A stretch of DNA of 63,601 bases, filler included, from Phoronis australis (GCA_002633005.1; 10 parts of 10 records of this genome joined end to end with filler, not necessarily neighbours in it); one strand, 5' to 3'. Positions 1-13,599 are shown, numbered from the whole stretch's first letter. The notes: generated by a model from the sequence alone, not told the origin. A program made the numbers and translations.

Positions 1-276
1 TCGAATAAAAGTGTTTGCGTAAAGATCCGTTTCATGAAGTTTTTAACAAAAATGAAGCGGAAATAGTGCCTTTAAATGTTCAAATTAAACATCTCTGACT
101 TCGACGTTGGTGGTTTTTGTTCCATACAATCCACTTTCAATGAAACCTAGTTCAAATTATTCTGTTAAATCACTGTGTTTTTCTAAGAATATTGGGGCCC
201 GTTCCACATAAAATTGTTGCCTATTTTGTATGTCCGTTACCAGCTATTCTAATGACCGGGTGACTGCAGCCGACTA
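1..276. mobile_element. Possible right end of an Academ-like DNA transposon
   Basis: Ends ...GGGTGACTGCAGCCGACTA, resembling the ...CCGACTA termini at 21155 and 53171. No coding remnant or partner end in the window. Confidence 0.3.
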
Positions 277-821
277 GTCGTTAGTTCTCGAAAAATGGCT
301 CCCTCCAGAGTTCAACTTGATGCAATTTTTGAACTTACACATCGTGGAACGATACCCGGTTCTTTGACAAGGAATGTTTTCAAAAAGAGACAAAATGATA
401 ACACGGTGGGTACCCTCACGTTTAGTTATAAGTTGCCAGTAAAATATTGCGGTCTGAACACAGTTCTTCTTGTCAAATTACAGATGGATACAGTTATATT
501 TACAAACAATACAGTGTTTACCGATAGTTCAGAAATAATCAATTTTTGGAGTTGGTGCACATCAAGATTTTAAATCTCAACCTCCTCGTTTCCAAAAAGT
601 AGGCCTACTCTGCATCCACAGCTGTCAAGAGGTTCCTCACAACATCGTTAAGGCTGAATATAGGAACCCCTTTAAACTCTTTTTGGAACAGCACTCCCTG
701 TCCACTATGGAATGCCCGATGAAAACATTGAACTATAAATGAGATGATTTTAAAATCTTTGAGGACCATGACGTATTAGCACTTTGCTAAACATGTATTG
801 TGTCCTCTTTAAATAAATTTT

Positions 822-822
822 A

Positions 823-860
<38 letters not shown>

Positions 861-935
861 TAACGATAACGAGTAATAGTGGTCTATAGTAGTAATAGCA
901 GTAATTGTAGTGATAGTAGTAACAGTGGTGTAATA
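822..935. repeat. (AAT)n microsatellite decaying into an (AGT)-rich tract
   Basis: About 12 perfect AAT units followed by AGT/AGC variants. Confidence 0.9.
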
Positions 936-978
936 CTAATAAAAATTATGATAGGTAGCCAATTTGATGTCATGTCAG

Positions 979-1249
979 CCTGGGGGCATTCCTATAGCCG
1001 TGTACGAACGTGCCGGCCAAAAGGGTGTCTTTTCACAAAAATACCCTCCAAAATGGTGCCATTTTCGGCAAATTATATCTAAAAGGTGCTTTTCCTGAAT
1101 TTCTGGAATAGAAGTGTGCGGCAATGTGAAATTTTACTCAAATTAGTCTCTAAATGGTCACTTTTTTGTCCGAGGCCACTCTCTAAACGGGTGGTATTCA
1201 AAATTTTCGGGCGGCATCTCTCGTCCAAAAACATTTCAGTACTCCCTGG
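979..1249. mobile_element. Putative short non-autonomous DNA element (CCTGGGGG...GTACTCCCTGG ends)
   Basis: Imperfect GC-rich inverted ends; no clear TSD. Confidence 0.35.
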
Positions 1250-1310
1250 CCGTCCCAGATACCACTTGTTCGTGATTTTGGTCATTCTCTTGGCAATATG
1301 ACGTGGGTTT

Positions 1311-1500
1311 CGTAAATGTAACAATGGTACATTTCTCGCATGTGCGTTCGACGTGAAATGTAACAACTACTGTACGTAAAATGTAACAACTTGTTAGGAC
1401 AGGCTTAGCAATGTAAAATGTAACAATGGCGTAAAATGTAACAATGGCGTAAAATGTAAAAAGTTGTTACATTTTGCGAAATTGTTACATTGACGGCGTA
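1311..1500. repeat. Cluster of (C)GTAAAATGTAACAA motifs, direct then inverted
   Basis: About 6 direct copies followed by 2 inverted copies (TTGTTACATT); looks like a MITE subterminal array. Confidence 0.7.
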
Positions 1501-2321
1501 TCAATGCACACCTTATTTCCAATTCCAATCATTGGAGGTTCACTTACATTGTTAGTAAATTTGGTAGTGCCATTCTGCTGGAGCTTTAGCCTGGTTAGTC
1601 TTTAGCAAACCAGGTAACCTTGATTTTCATCTGACTGACCGGACTCAGTCTAACAATGAGGCAGACTAAACTTTCTCAAAAGAACTTCTACCGACGCTGC
1701 TATCTACCGGTCCTACGTTGACGTATATACATAGAATACTTGACTGCACGACAGAAACTTTAGGACATTACAATCAGCAACTGTGTCTGAAGGTTGTACA
1801 AAATGTCTTTCTTTTACAAATTAGTCTTTAAGCAACCCCTGCTTTTTGTCAAAAATTCAATTCACCCCCATTATCCGGCATAAAATGGTTTCACTATGAC
1901 CTTATTCCGTAGGCCTACTCAGTTTAGAAATACCGGTAATCTCTGAGTTCGGTAAGAACAGGCAGTTCGTCACAAAACACGCCGGGTTCTAGTCGCCCGG
2001 CGTCGTGAACGTCTGAAACCGAAGAGTTCAACATCGTACTGGCACTGTGACGTTGGATTTTTTATGCGAATTGTGATCACTCCATAATAATGTTGTTTTG
2101 AAAGCGTGTTTGCCTGTGAACACATTTGTTTTCGATACGAGATCACGGTTTATAGTTATAGTTATAAGTCTTTTAATACATTATATGATCATTGTATCGT
2201 AAACATTTAATGATAAATTGTTAAAAAATAAAATGTGTTCAGGGCCCTCACTAAGGCAAATTCAAGAAAAGAGCCCAGGGCTTCTGAATGGGGAAATTAC
2301 ATCGGAATTGGGCTCTCAAAA

Positions 2322-2650
2322 TAGGCGGATTTAGGGGGGCAAGGGGTCACTCCCCTTGGCTGCCGCAAAAAATAAAACAGAAAGAGCGCGAGGAAATATT
2401 GAGCTTAGGCCTACTAATAACGTCGATAATCAACATACATCCGGGGGGGGCGCTCAGAACCGCATTACAAGTGTCCGATCGAGCCTGTCCGTTTTTATTT
2501 ATTTTTTTAGTCCTCCGACTTTGTTTTACTAGAAGGTCTACATCCACGGAATTCGACGTTTCGACGTGCGCGCATGCAATCCTGCTTTGTGCGTTTGACT
2601 GAGACAAATTGTTGCCCCCGCCCCCTTACGATATCCTAGATCTGCCACTG
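2322..2650. mobile_element. hAT-type MITE (GGCGGATTTAGGGGGG...GATCTGCCACTG); related copy at 61677-61837, right end at ~56980-57024
   Basis: Shared terminal motifs with G/C runs, CAGTG...CACTG/CCCTG-style ends, and CTCAA on both flanks here. Confidence 0.55.
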
Positions 2651-3177
2651 CTCAAGAAATCTCTTATTGACTTCACCCAAAAGCCCATTACCAATTACTT
2701 CACTGAACGTGCCACTTAGAAAGTACCATAAACTCCGGTTGGCATAAGGAGCCGCTAAGCTTATTTTCCAAGAGTTCCATGGAAACTAAGCATTCAAATG
2801 TCGTGGAAAGTGTCTTAACATTTTCAGGTTTAAAAACCCAATAAGCCATCCCGTCTATAGAGCTTCTGACCGGCCAGCGAGTTACTAAAAGTCAACGCGT
2901 TGATTAGCAACTTAGTTGCCTGACCACAAGCTATCCCATGAGCCTTCGCGCAGGAAGTAACTCGCACATGCGCATTGCGTAGTTCGTTTGCGCTGCAAAT
3001 CCGCTATTGTGTTCGTAGACCTTACATGTTAGCCTTGTTTGTGTGCTACCATTTCCCTTTATCAGATGTTTACGTAATGCATATACTATCATTTTTTCAT
3101 AAACTGCGGACACATTCCACACACTATAATGGTGTATTCATTTCTCTTACATGATAATTGTGTATTTGAAAATTCAA

Positions 3178-4772
3178 TCATGGTTGAGCATATCTACCCA
3201 TAAAAACCACAGAACCAGATTTGTTATACCGGATGTAAAATAGGAAAGGATGGTCTGCTTTAAATTCTATGGGGAATCTTGGGCGGACTACCACTGATGT
3301 AATGACAGCAATAATGCTTCCGGTGGCGGCCGCCGCTTCACTGCCCTCTTCGTTGACGTCAGTGAACCTGGATAGGCCTGGTGGAACATCTCAGAAACGT
3401 AAAGGTCACCTGTGCCGTCAATGCCGGACAGGTCGCAGACACGGGGATTGAAGAGATAACCTATGCCCATTGCTTTTCGGTGATCTTTCAAGTTGTATTT
3501 CACATCAATCTTAAATTACAAGGCATGGTGACCATAACAGTCGAGTTGAGGAGAATATCGCATGCTGTTGTGAACATTAGAAAGTTCGTCATGTGTCAAC
3601 AACTTTTCGACTTTGGCCAAACTATCAATTTCCTTTGGCAGGACAACTAACATACTTTTATCGTAATCTATTTTGCCCGGGGTACGCCACGAGCTATGTT
3701 GCAGAGTAAAACAAGAGGAGGATTNGGACTACCACTGATGTAATGACAGCAATAATGCTTCCGGTGGCGGCCGCCGCTTCACTGCCCTCTTCGTTGACGT
3801 CAGTGAACCTGGATAGGCCTGGTGGAACATCTCAGAAACGTAAAGGTCACCTGTGCCGTCAATGCCGGACAGGTCGCAGACACGGGGATTGAAGAGATAA
3901 CCTATGCCCATTGCTTTTCGGTGATCTTTCAAGTTGTATTTCACATCAATCTTAAATTAAGGCATGGTGACCATAACATCGAGTTGAGGAGAATATCGCA
4001 TGCTGTTGTGAACATTAGAAAGTTCGTCATGTGTCAACAACTTTTCGACTTTGGCCAAACTATCAATTTCCTTTGGCAGGACAACTAACATACTTAAATC
4101 GTTGCTTTTACAGGGCATCTCCAATACACGATAACCGTTTATTTGACTATTGAACACTCTTGAACTTTGACCTCTGGTACATATAATGAGTGTCTATCGT
4201 CTTCTTTGCTGACACATGGATAAAACGCGCAGGTTTTGTTGATGTTGCTTTTAATTTCTTATCACAGTCTCCTTTGAAGTAAATTGCGTTGACAAAAAAC
4301 ATTGCAGTCTCGGGTGTTAGGGCTTTTTGTGGAATCAAGTTCCAGATCTTATCCTTAGTTTTGTTTTCAACCCATTTATTGATCTGCTGTCGAACCATTT
4401 CTGCGTTGAACTGGAAGTCGCTGGCAATGATGTCGGACTGGTATTGGTTTTGTATCGTTTTTAGTAGTTCTTGTTGAAGCCATAGTTCTTCCTCGCGTAC
4501 ACTCGATTAGCCTCCTCAAAGTCGTAGTTTTTACTCGGTGTGTGCAGACTAGAACTGAGTTCACGAAATTCTGCAGCGACATCGTGAACGCGATCAAAAC
4601 CGGCAACCGCTTGCAACTGAGAACGAGTTGTTCCGTTTGATCCCCCGTAGAGCATCCCCATAATGATTGAAAGGCTCAGAGGGGAGAAGAATACATTACC
4701 ACCCGTAGTGGTTAGCCGTCGGTAGGCGTCAAGAGAAAAGCCAGTGTTTGCATGGGTGAGACGGTTTGAGTT
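3178..4772 (-). pseudogene. Serpin (inhibitory-type hinge), disrupted; 3' part duplicated around a single N
   Basis: After acceptor AG (4773-4774): NVFFSPLSLSIIMGMLYGG, INKWVENKTKDKI, FVNAIYFKG, VLEMP, DVNEEGSEAAAATG, FKADHPFLFYIR...FMGRYAQP-stop (3178). Frameshifts near 4461 and 4150, a TAA at 3957-3959, and an 8-bp insertion at 3367-3374. Confidence 0.9.
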
Positions 4773-7579
4773 CTGTTAAGGAAACAAACGAGTTAAGTCA
4801 GTCTTTATACGGCTCATAATTTGACAAAAAGTCCTTACAAAACTGCGTATTTTGCGGATTGTTAGAATGTAGCAATCAGAACTGAACTGCGTCTTTCTAA
4901 CGATAGTTGCCAAAGGTTACGAAAGGAGTGTTTTTCTTCGAAGATAGCTGGCGAATCATATGAACCTTTGTCTAATCAAAGGTGCACAATCGTAGCCTTC
5001 ATAACAAAGTAATAGAACAATTCCTTACAGGTACCGAGAGTTTTAATTCTTCAAATGCACTTTTCAATATTAACCCAATGCCCCGTGCAACGATTTTTTA
5101 AATTCCTTATGTTCACCCCTAAGGACATGGCCTGTTTGCTAGGAAGTAAGAGTGAAACGTTAGTCATGTGACTGTTTTTTTATGTACAGTGCTTTTCACA
5201 CTGATTGCCATCACTTCTAAACTTAAAAAAATCTATTTTCGAATTCTATTTAAAGCTCCTAAAATCACGATCCGTCAAAGAAACGAACTTATGGCATTAA
5301 AACTGATCTCAACTTATCTTGCAGACTTGACAGCTCATTAATTTTCCCGCGAATAAAAACGAGAGAGGAGAGTTTCCGAAATGTTCTTCGATTGATGGGT
5401 TCTTCATTTCAAATCGAATACAAAAATTGTCAAAATTGAGTCTTTAGCAATCGAGTTTGAGATCTCAAAGGACTGTATTGTTAAAACAAACCTTCTTTTA
5501 GCTATATGTTGCGTGAATAGTTTTACGTGTGTGCCGGAAATTAAATTGTAAACTCCATGAAACTAATTCCGATTTCAAAAGTCAAGTGTCCACAGTCGAC
5601 CCATAATGCATGCAGCTTACTGGGGCCATGAAACATTGAAGAACGGATGTTTTTATTGGTAATATTTTCGAAGAACTGTGGCCCTGGTTTGCTAATGAAG
5701 GTTATCTTGTATTGCCAATTTACGGTTGATGAGCGAAGAAAAGCGACTTGAATGACATCTCAATAAAAGTATCGAAACTACAAAAGACTAAACAGAGAGT
5801 GATAGCTGTTCTTGTCCAATTAGAATGGTTGTATTTTCCTTGCGAGGAGTTGCTGCTTGCATTTGCTATTTCACGAAAAGGTAATATTGAGTAATTGTTT
5901 ATTTATTTGTGAAATGACTCTGCTTGTTACTCTTCTTTTTTACGCATAGTTATGCGTGTAATTTGTTATTCCTTTGCGAAAAAATTGAAGAATACAAATT
6001 TGTGCATAAATAATCATTTACAAAAATGTTACTTGACAAGAACCCGTGGTTCCAAGAGCAAATAACAATAATACCGTGAGGGCAATCTTGGCTGTAGTTC
6101 CCGAAATGTCAGTTCTTCAGGGTTTTGGGGGTGATTTATCTATTAGATAAAGCGACCACTTGACAGCTGCATCACTTCTCATCATGGCACAAGTGGAGTG
6201 TAGGCTATATTTTCGTGCTTGTGTCCAATATTTTGCACCAATTGACATTGAATTTCTTCCACCAATATTATCACGGTCATCATCATGTCGTCATCATAGC
6301 GATCGTTTTTCTAGTTTGCTAGCGTCATCATCACCCTCTTTTGCTCTGTGGTTGACGATTGCCAAATATGCTTGGAGTTACAAATGATCCCCTTGGCCTC
6401 GGCTTGGAGACATCGTTTTCTTGTTACGGCCTTATATTAACTCAACTGACGAAAACTTGTTAGCACCCTTGAACATGAGAAAAGACATCTGCATCTTTGC
6501 ATTCGTTACCTGCAGAGCTCATCCAGGCGTACAACAGATAACCGATAAACACAATGCCATCTGTTCAACTTTCTCTTGCAAAATCGGTACTGTTCTTGAC
6601 GGAAGATTAATATCAGTACGTCAAAACATTCCCCACAAGGTCTCCAAATTTCTCGTGTGCTTCAAAGTCATTGATATTCTCGTCTGAAGCGTTAGTCTAG
6701 CTTGCCGACTAGGCAAGACATTAAATGGATTGTAGGGAGTTCTTCAATTATATTCCGAAATTTTCAGAATTGGAAGTGGAACATAGCATTCAGCTGGTGT
6801 GTTTCAAAGATTTGGAGTTGCATTTCGCCGTTTAGCCGTCTAAACGTGAAACTTGATTTAAGCATTTTATTTTCACCAAATCGGCTTCATAGTATTCCTT
6901 ACTGACGTGTTAATGTTCTTTTTCTTTTACCAAAAGAAGCATGGAAACCATCAGCGACAGTATATTGGGGATACCCTACCCTAAAGTTGCGATTTGAAAA
7001 TGGCTCATTGGAACTACCGGTGATTTCAATTGCCCTGCCCAATCGGCAATAATGCAAACCCCAAACCGCTCCGGTTAAGAATTCAACAGTGAAAGATAAA
7101 CATGGCAAAATGCGGCTTTAAAGTGAACTCGTGGAAACCTGCCGTGCATTCAGTAACGCTAGGACCTATACGCTAGTACCTTGCTAAAAGGTAGCCAAAG
7201 TCACGTGCTTTCATTTAAAATAAACGGCAATATCTGACGTAATCTCCAGAAGTCTTGCTTTGTAGCGAGATCCTAGCGTTACTGAACGGGAGGCTGTTAA
7301 AATATGATGAAATAGGTGTTAAGTTCCGGCCGCGGCCCCAAAAATCTCGCGAAAGAGGCTCGGATGAATACATGTACGCGTTTGCTTGCAATGGCGTAGT
7401 GGCTGGTTTCAGGATAATTAGAAAAAGGCCAAAAAGTTGCAATCACAGAGAAGGTAGAACACGTAGCAGTTGAACTGAATATTTATATTACTCTCTTGAA
7501 CAGATAAGGACAAAGCGTACTGTAGCTCTAACTAGAAGTGGGGAACGTGGGAAATCATGGGCTGAACAAATTACATGAA

Positions 7580-7683
7580 TCAATCATAAAGCAATCCTAA
7601 ATCTTTCAATCGTTCCATATGGTCGTTGTCAAAACGCTCATTCATCGCTACCGTGAAGTAGTTTTTCCAATCCCCAGGTTGTC
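7580..7683 (-). CDS. Cytosolic sulfotransferase (SULT1-like), terminal exon
   Basis: (G)QPGDWKNYFTVAMNERFD...LLYD-stop completes the RKGxxGDWKNxFT PAPS-binding motif; TTTTGCAG acceptor; phase matches the previous exon. Confidence 0.93.
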
Positions 7684-7847
7684 CTGCAAAAATAAGTATT
7701 TTGTGTTAAAACCTATGCGTCAACTAACGAAATCATCCAGGGCATGCAAGTTTCCCTGAAACAGCAACCGAGGAATCAAGTTATTCCTGAGCTTTCTCTG
7801 CGTGAATGAAAACGTTTTGTTCGAAAGTGAAAGAGACCGAAATTTAC

Positions 7848-8013
7848 CCTTTCTGTAGAATACTCCTTGAACTACTTTCCCATTGGTCCCGTGCTCCACT
7901 TTGTTGGCTTTCATATTCTTGAGGGAGGTCTTATCGGCCACCAATGCCACTCTGTCTTCGGTGACTGGCAAGTCTAGAAACGCGGCAACGTTCTTAATCA
8001 TTTGGACTGGATC
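7848..8013 (-). CDS. Cytosolic sulfotransferase exon
   Basis: DPVQMIKNVAAFLDLPV...TSLKNMK...FYRK(G); AG/GT boundaries. Confidence 0.92.
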
Positions 8014-11000
8014 CTACAACGACATGCAAACCATGGTACTAGAGGAAATTACGTTTAGTAGCTTTATTGTCACTTACATGTATGCGTCAAATATCTACAA
8101 AATTGAATTCAATAAAAGCCCGTGTTTTTCTGAAATAAAAAGGTGTGTAACGCCAAATATCGACTTTACGTAAATCCAAAATTTCTTGCGTCGCGTTTAA
8201 GTAGGATTTTCCACGAAAATAAAATGAACATTCAGAGATAAGCAGCCATAGAAATAATATGGCCTAAAGATCATAATGAAAGAAATATTCAAGACGAAGT
8301 TTCAAAAAAGCTGACATAAATGTCTAAGATATTATTTCTATTTTGTTTTATATAACTGTTTAGTTTTTCATCAAAACCACAGAAGTCCATATCCAGTGTC
8401 ATATCACCTAAAACTGATAACCTTGAAAAAGCCTTTTAATTGAGATGAAATTCAAACTCGTTTTACTAATTTGTCTACGTTACTTTGACACAGGACAGAG
8501 ATACTTCCTATTTGCGATAGATGTACATTGTATCTGAGAATTCTGATTAGACTAAAACATCAGCTTTTCACGCAGTCGCCCTGAGACCTAAAATATTTAA
8601 TTTTTTATTGGTTACTTTGTTGTTTTTGTGTGCAAACGTATGTACATGCACGTTGTACTAGGGCCACGCAAAAGTTCAGGGAAAATCACGTGAACATGCA
8701 ATGCCGCCTATCGACAAGAGCATTGGCTTTTGTAATGATTCCATCAGTTTACTTAATTTTTTTCCTTTTATTTGTTTCAGAAATTGTACCCTGTTTCTGA
8801 CGCAATAAATCTCATCCAACGCTCACGGTACTTTTCTTTACTAACACATAACTCTGCACTATAGTGAACAAGACGCTAAAATACGTTGAAACGGCGGTGA
8901 AACGAAACTTGTAGATTTCGCCGTCAGACTCCCGTTATTCAGTGAACCCAAGTTAATGCGAAAAATCGTCGAGCTATGTTGGCCACCAAAAATAGCAAAT
9001 TGACTCAGCAGGAAGACCAGAAAGGAAAAACCTATGGTGCTAGGATGAACATTAACTAAATTCTGCTAAACATGGCATGAAAACTGTGTTTTATATCATC
9101 TATGACAGGATATGACAACGAAAAATGCATTGCTAACTTTCTTTCCTCCATTTCTCCAAATGTGAATTTTTTGGCTAAGAAATGTTGTAAATAAAAAACT
9201 ATTTGAGCTATACTTATAAAATTTGGCATGCACTACCTTTACATGTATATCTACTAAACCACAGAAGCATTTTTTCGAAATCTCAACTGAAAAAAAATTA
9301 TGATTTCTGAAAAATTGTTTTCTCGCGATTATTTTTTTCCAATATTCAAAACCGTATAAAAAACACTGAAAAGAAATTTTGAATTTCCTTCTGTAGTTTT
9401 GTAGATCCTAACTTTTATTATGTCATCAGGTTTCTCCTGGACGTACCATCAACATTTGTAGATTTTGATATAACACTGCCCTACCTTCCCTTAAGCTACA
9501 TGTACGACCCATTCATTTTCCCGATGCGCATGCTTCTTCTTGCGCAGTGACTTTTATCCGTCACTGGAGGGCCCTCTTTGGTATTCTCAAAGACATCACT
9601 TTGGATCGCAAAATTATTAAATCAGTTCTCGTCAACGCTTTGGAGCGACTGCAACAAGCTGTTGGGCATTGCAGCACGTATAGTGTACGATAACAATGTA
9701 TCACCCACAATCAAATGGGCACTGCAGTCGCCTCTTACAGCACGTACTAAGAGCCCAAGCTGGTATGCAGAACTGCCAATGGTTCTAGTGGGAATTTGAT
9801 CGTTTTGGAAGGTGGATCCTGGCCGTTTTCCTGATAAAGTTATGTACAGTTTCCCCCCACCTCCCTGTAGAGTTCTTTCAGCCTTTGGAGACACGCACGA
9901 TGGAAACAGCTTTCCTCAACATCTAAAGCTTACTATGAGCACTGTGAAGTCGCCCACCACAATTTCCATGCATTTCGACCAACTTAAAGGCTCACCAAAT
10001 TGGTTTCATGGGCTATGTGTACGTTTTCCATGATGGGGACCTACCCCAGTGACCCCGTGATGACCCCATCTCATCTTCGATACTAACGACATGACGTTAA
10101 GGATCCTTCGTAGACAGTTTCTGCTGACTGTCTCAAAGCCACCTTCAAGACGAAGTTCATGCATTCGGATGACAACGTCTTACCTCCTACTATAGCTGTG
10201 ATGTTATCAGGTTCCCCCACGACTCCCTGAATCTCTCCAGCTCCTCCCTCCGTCTAGCTAGATCTATCCGCTCTGCAATTGGCGTCGTCTGTCATGAGAC
10301 TACCTGTGACCTATTAGCTACTCTAGCCGCCTTTTCTACTATCCAGCAATATTTCGTTGAGTTTTTACTTCGCTTCATGTTTCAGCACTTTTAAGAATAG
10401 CCATCGTGGTGCCACGTATTGGTCCTAAGTATGACGTTTGTGAATATTTCATCAGATTACTTTAATTCCTTCGTTTCGTTTTATTGTTTCCGCTAGTGTA
10501 CACCATTCTAGAGACAATACATTAGTTCGTATCGATTACTGTGCTTTATAATTAATATCATATACTTTACTCCTACTTTACTCCACAAAGGAGTACTTGT
10601 CTGTGTACATGTACGTCGGTGTACTGGGGGATGCAGTGACGTATTAGAGAGATGCACACGCAGAGTCCGTCCGCGACCTCATGTGCCTTTACTTAACGCA
10701 TGCGCCCAAGGGAAAACACTCAATAATGTTGTGTTGTACTACCCTCTGACACGGAGCCACCTATACTGAAAAGTGTGTGGGCAACGATGCCCATGCTTGG
10801 TCGGAAGTTGACCCATCACAACGCCATCACTTGCACGCGGCCTTTATGCACTGTACTTGTTTGTGCTTAAGCCAATGACCGGGGTTCTCTTGGTTTTGTT
10901 TACTTCGATCATTGCCCGTTTTATATAAGTCAAAAGTGGTCGCCATACTACGTAACATTGAACTGAAAGGGTTTCCCATATTTCAAACAAAAGGAATGAC

Positions 11001-11723
11001 TGAATATTATGATGTCGGTGAAGTCACGTTAAACAACTTTGAAAAAGTGCTACCGTTCGTAACACTGTGAAAGAGTGTAGTTTTATACATGTAGGCTACC
11101 TGTAAGACGAACCTTTTTAGACCAGCTTACATCGATCATGCCGTTCAGTAACACCCGGTTCACTAGTGTGCACTATAGATCAGCGGATGTAAATAACGAG
11201 CTTTAATTGTCTACAATTTTATCAACAGTTACCCGGAGAATTTTATCTAGATCGGTGAATCTATCTAAGAGCGATGCGACCAAACGATGCCTGAGACTGG
11301 TCTAATTAGTAAAGCTTGCTCCCTGTAAAGTCAAATATCACGTTATGTGACATCCCATGTGATGATCAATTTTTGATGAGACACAAAATAAATGTAATGT
11401 GGATTGAATGAAATGGACGCCACCTTTATTAAACACAACTGTTTCTAAATAACGTATTGAATTACGAACAAGATAAATGATTTAAGTTCATAAAGAAGTG
11501 ACCAAAAATAAATTTTAACTCCTCTTTGATAGTTTGCACTTCCTTGACGTTTTTTTTTTTTGAAATTCTATCGACATTGCCGGATAAATTGCGTTTGCTA
11601 TTCCCGTACATACAGAGAGCGTGACGGTTCATGGCACTGTGTAACAATACGATAGACCATGCAGTCTGATCCTGGCGTTGGGATGAAATGTGAGAACAAT
11701 TTTTGTACACCCTGTGTGCTTAC

Positions 11724-11821
11724 CTTCACCATATCTTCGTAGTGCAAGAAGAGTACATTTGGGTTTTTGTCATGTTTGGAAAACCAGTCTTCTTCGTAAC
11801 GAATCCACTCTTTGGTAGTAT
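11724..11821 (-). CDS. Cytosolic sulfotransferase exon
   Basis: TTKEWIRYEEDWFSKHDKNPNVLFLHYEDMVK (LxxYEDM motif); TTTTTAG/GTAAGC. Confidence 0.92.
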
Positions 11822-12707
11822 CTAAAAAAACATAAAACATAAGAAACATCATGTGAAGACGCAGTGTTCACCAAGTCTAAAACAATCATACCATCTGAGA
11901 GAGTATTAAGCTGATATCAACCCTCCATCTGGATATGTCAGACTGCAGTTATTTATTTCTTGAACGTTTTAATTAGGACACAAATGCTCTTTCATTAAAA
12001 TGGCTTAATGCTATACAGTAAAAAACAGAAATTTAATCCTAACGTCCCGCTTTGCAATTGTTGAAAAAAGTTTAGCCAAGTAATTATGAGCGCATCACAG
12101 TCCTAAAATAGCTCAAATAAAACAGATCAGCCCGCAGCAGTTATGAGTGTATTCTCTTAGTTTTCGCACTTTTGCTCATTAAGTGGTAGTTCTTTAATTT
12201 TCTGCGGAGCGCAAGGCAAAATTTCTGCTGCCTGATGTCATTTTTCATGAAATAAATAACCCCTTAGACAATTCGGTAAGTTTTTTTAAATGATCTGCTG
12301 ACAAGTACCACTCCGCTGTTTGTTGATAAGAAATGTGCGCAGACATTAAGTCAATATAGATAACAGCAGAACAAATATTTAAAATGACTTGCAAAAAAAT
12401 CCGTGGGTAACCAGAAATCAAGATCAATTTCCCTTCTTTCTATGGATGGCCTTAATAGGCCGATTATTTTGATTTGATAGATATGGCAAGGAAAAGGTGT
12501 GCATATGTAACGCAAGAGCCCGACTGGCAGATAAAAGGCAAAACCAAAACTTCGAAAGAAAATATTGGGATTAGCCTTAAAAAAGGCTTATCCGTTATTC
12601 TGTGTATAGGGGCCGGACACCCTCGATCCTAAGTCCTCTTATGTCGTCACTCATTTTTGATAATTCAAAACTTGTAACTGCTAAAGCACTGTCGATTCAA
12701 ATGTTAC

Positions 12708-12920
12708 CTTCGCCTAGCAATTCCATAAAAGTTTCGAACGAGCCTTTAACCATGCCGAACAACTGGAAATGATGGTACATCGATACGAGAATATCCTTGA
12801 TATTTCGCGTGGGATGTATTATCTTGTAACGTGTGTTCCAAATTGCAGCCGGCATTATGTCACAGAAATGATGAGTATTGAGCACACGTGGAGACGGAAG
12901 ACTCTCTAAGGTTTCTGCAT
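12708..12920 (-). CDS. Cytosolic sulfotransferase exon (catalytic His and 3'-phosphate-binding motif); 5' exons not found in this contig
   Basis: LESLPSPRVLNTHH...IIHPTRNIKDILVSMYHHF; TTTGCAG/GTAACA. Confidence 0.92.
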
Positions 12921-13599
12921 CTGCAAATACACAAAGATTGCTGTAGAGATGATTTGGCTACAGTATTGTGTCTCTTTGTAAGCCAAGTCTGCTCAGTTAC
13001 ACACTGGCAATTATACTCTTATTGCTAGACTATCAACTATCGTATTGTTTTCACTCACACTGAAACAATCATATGATATTTTCCTAAAAAGGTTGCGTCC
13101 CATATCGACTGTAGACCTGTCAAATTTGATAATGCCATTGCTCTGTCGCATATGTCGAGTGACTCGACAGAAGCCTTGTCAAATGCGCAGCATTTCAAAC
13201 GTAGTAAGACAGTTTCGTGTTTTGTGTTGGAAATTGACACTGCATGACGGTAGTGGTTTATAACAATTTTTGAAATCAAGATCTCTTTGTAATAACGTAC
13301 ACAATGGTCAACTCAGTCGCTGTATATTTAGTGCATTAATGGGCTTAAGAATCTTGCAAACAAAAGAACTGTTAATATACACTCGATCAGGGCCAATATA
13401 AGAATTGGCGACAATGAAAACGCACTAAAAGACAGGGTGGCGAAGATAAGAGCTAGAGTTCTGCATTATGTTGTCTGTATCCTGTTATCCCAATTAACAC
13501 CCTACATATGATGCACGATGAATGTACGCGACCTAGTCAGCAGCCCAGTGGCCATTACTTAAGTACTGCTGAGTAACCAAGTAGAACTTTGCCAATGTG

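Noticed and set aside
6100-6900. Decayed coding-like sequence between serpin and SULT
   Set aside because: The minus-strand frames I translated are interrupted by stops and the short plus-strand ORFs show no recognisable motif.
9476-9494. Kolobok-like terminus (CCCTACCTTCCC|TTAA)
   Set aside because: No matching opposite end found, so boundaries cannot be set.
9500-10957. Possible LTR-retrotransposon remnant or solo LTR (TG...CA at 10727-10957) in the SULT intron
   Set aside because: No matching TSD, PBS or recognisable gag/pol motif; probably old repeat DNA, but I cannot classify it.
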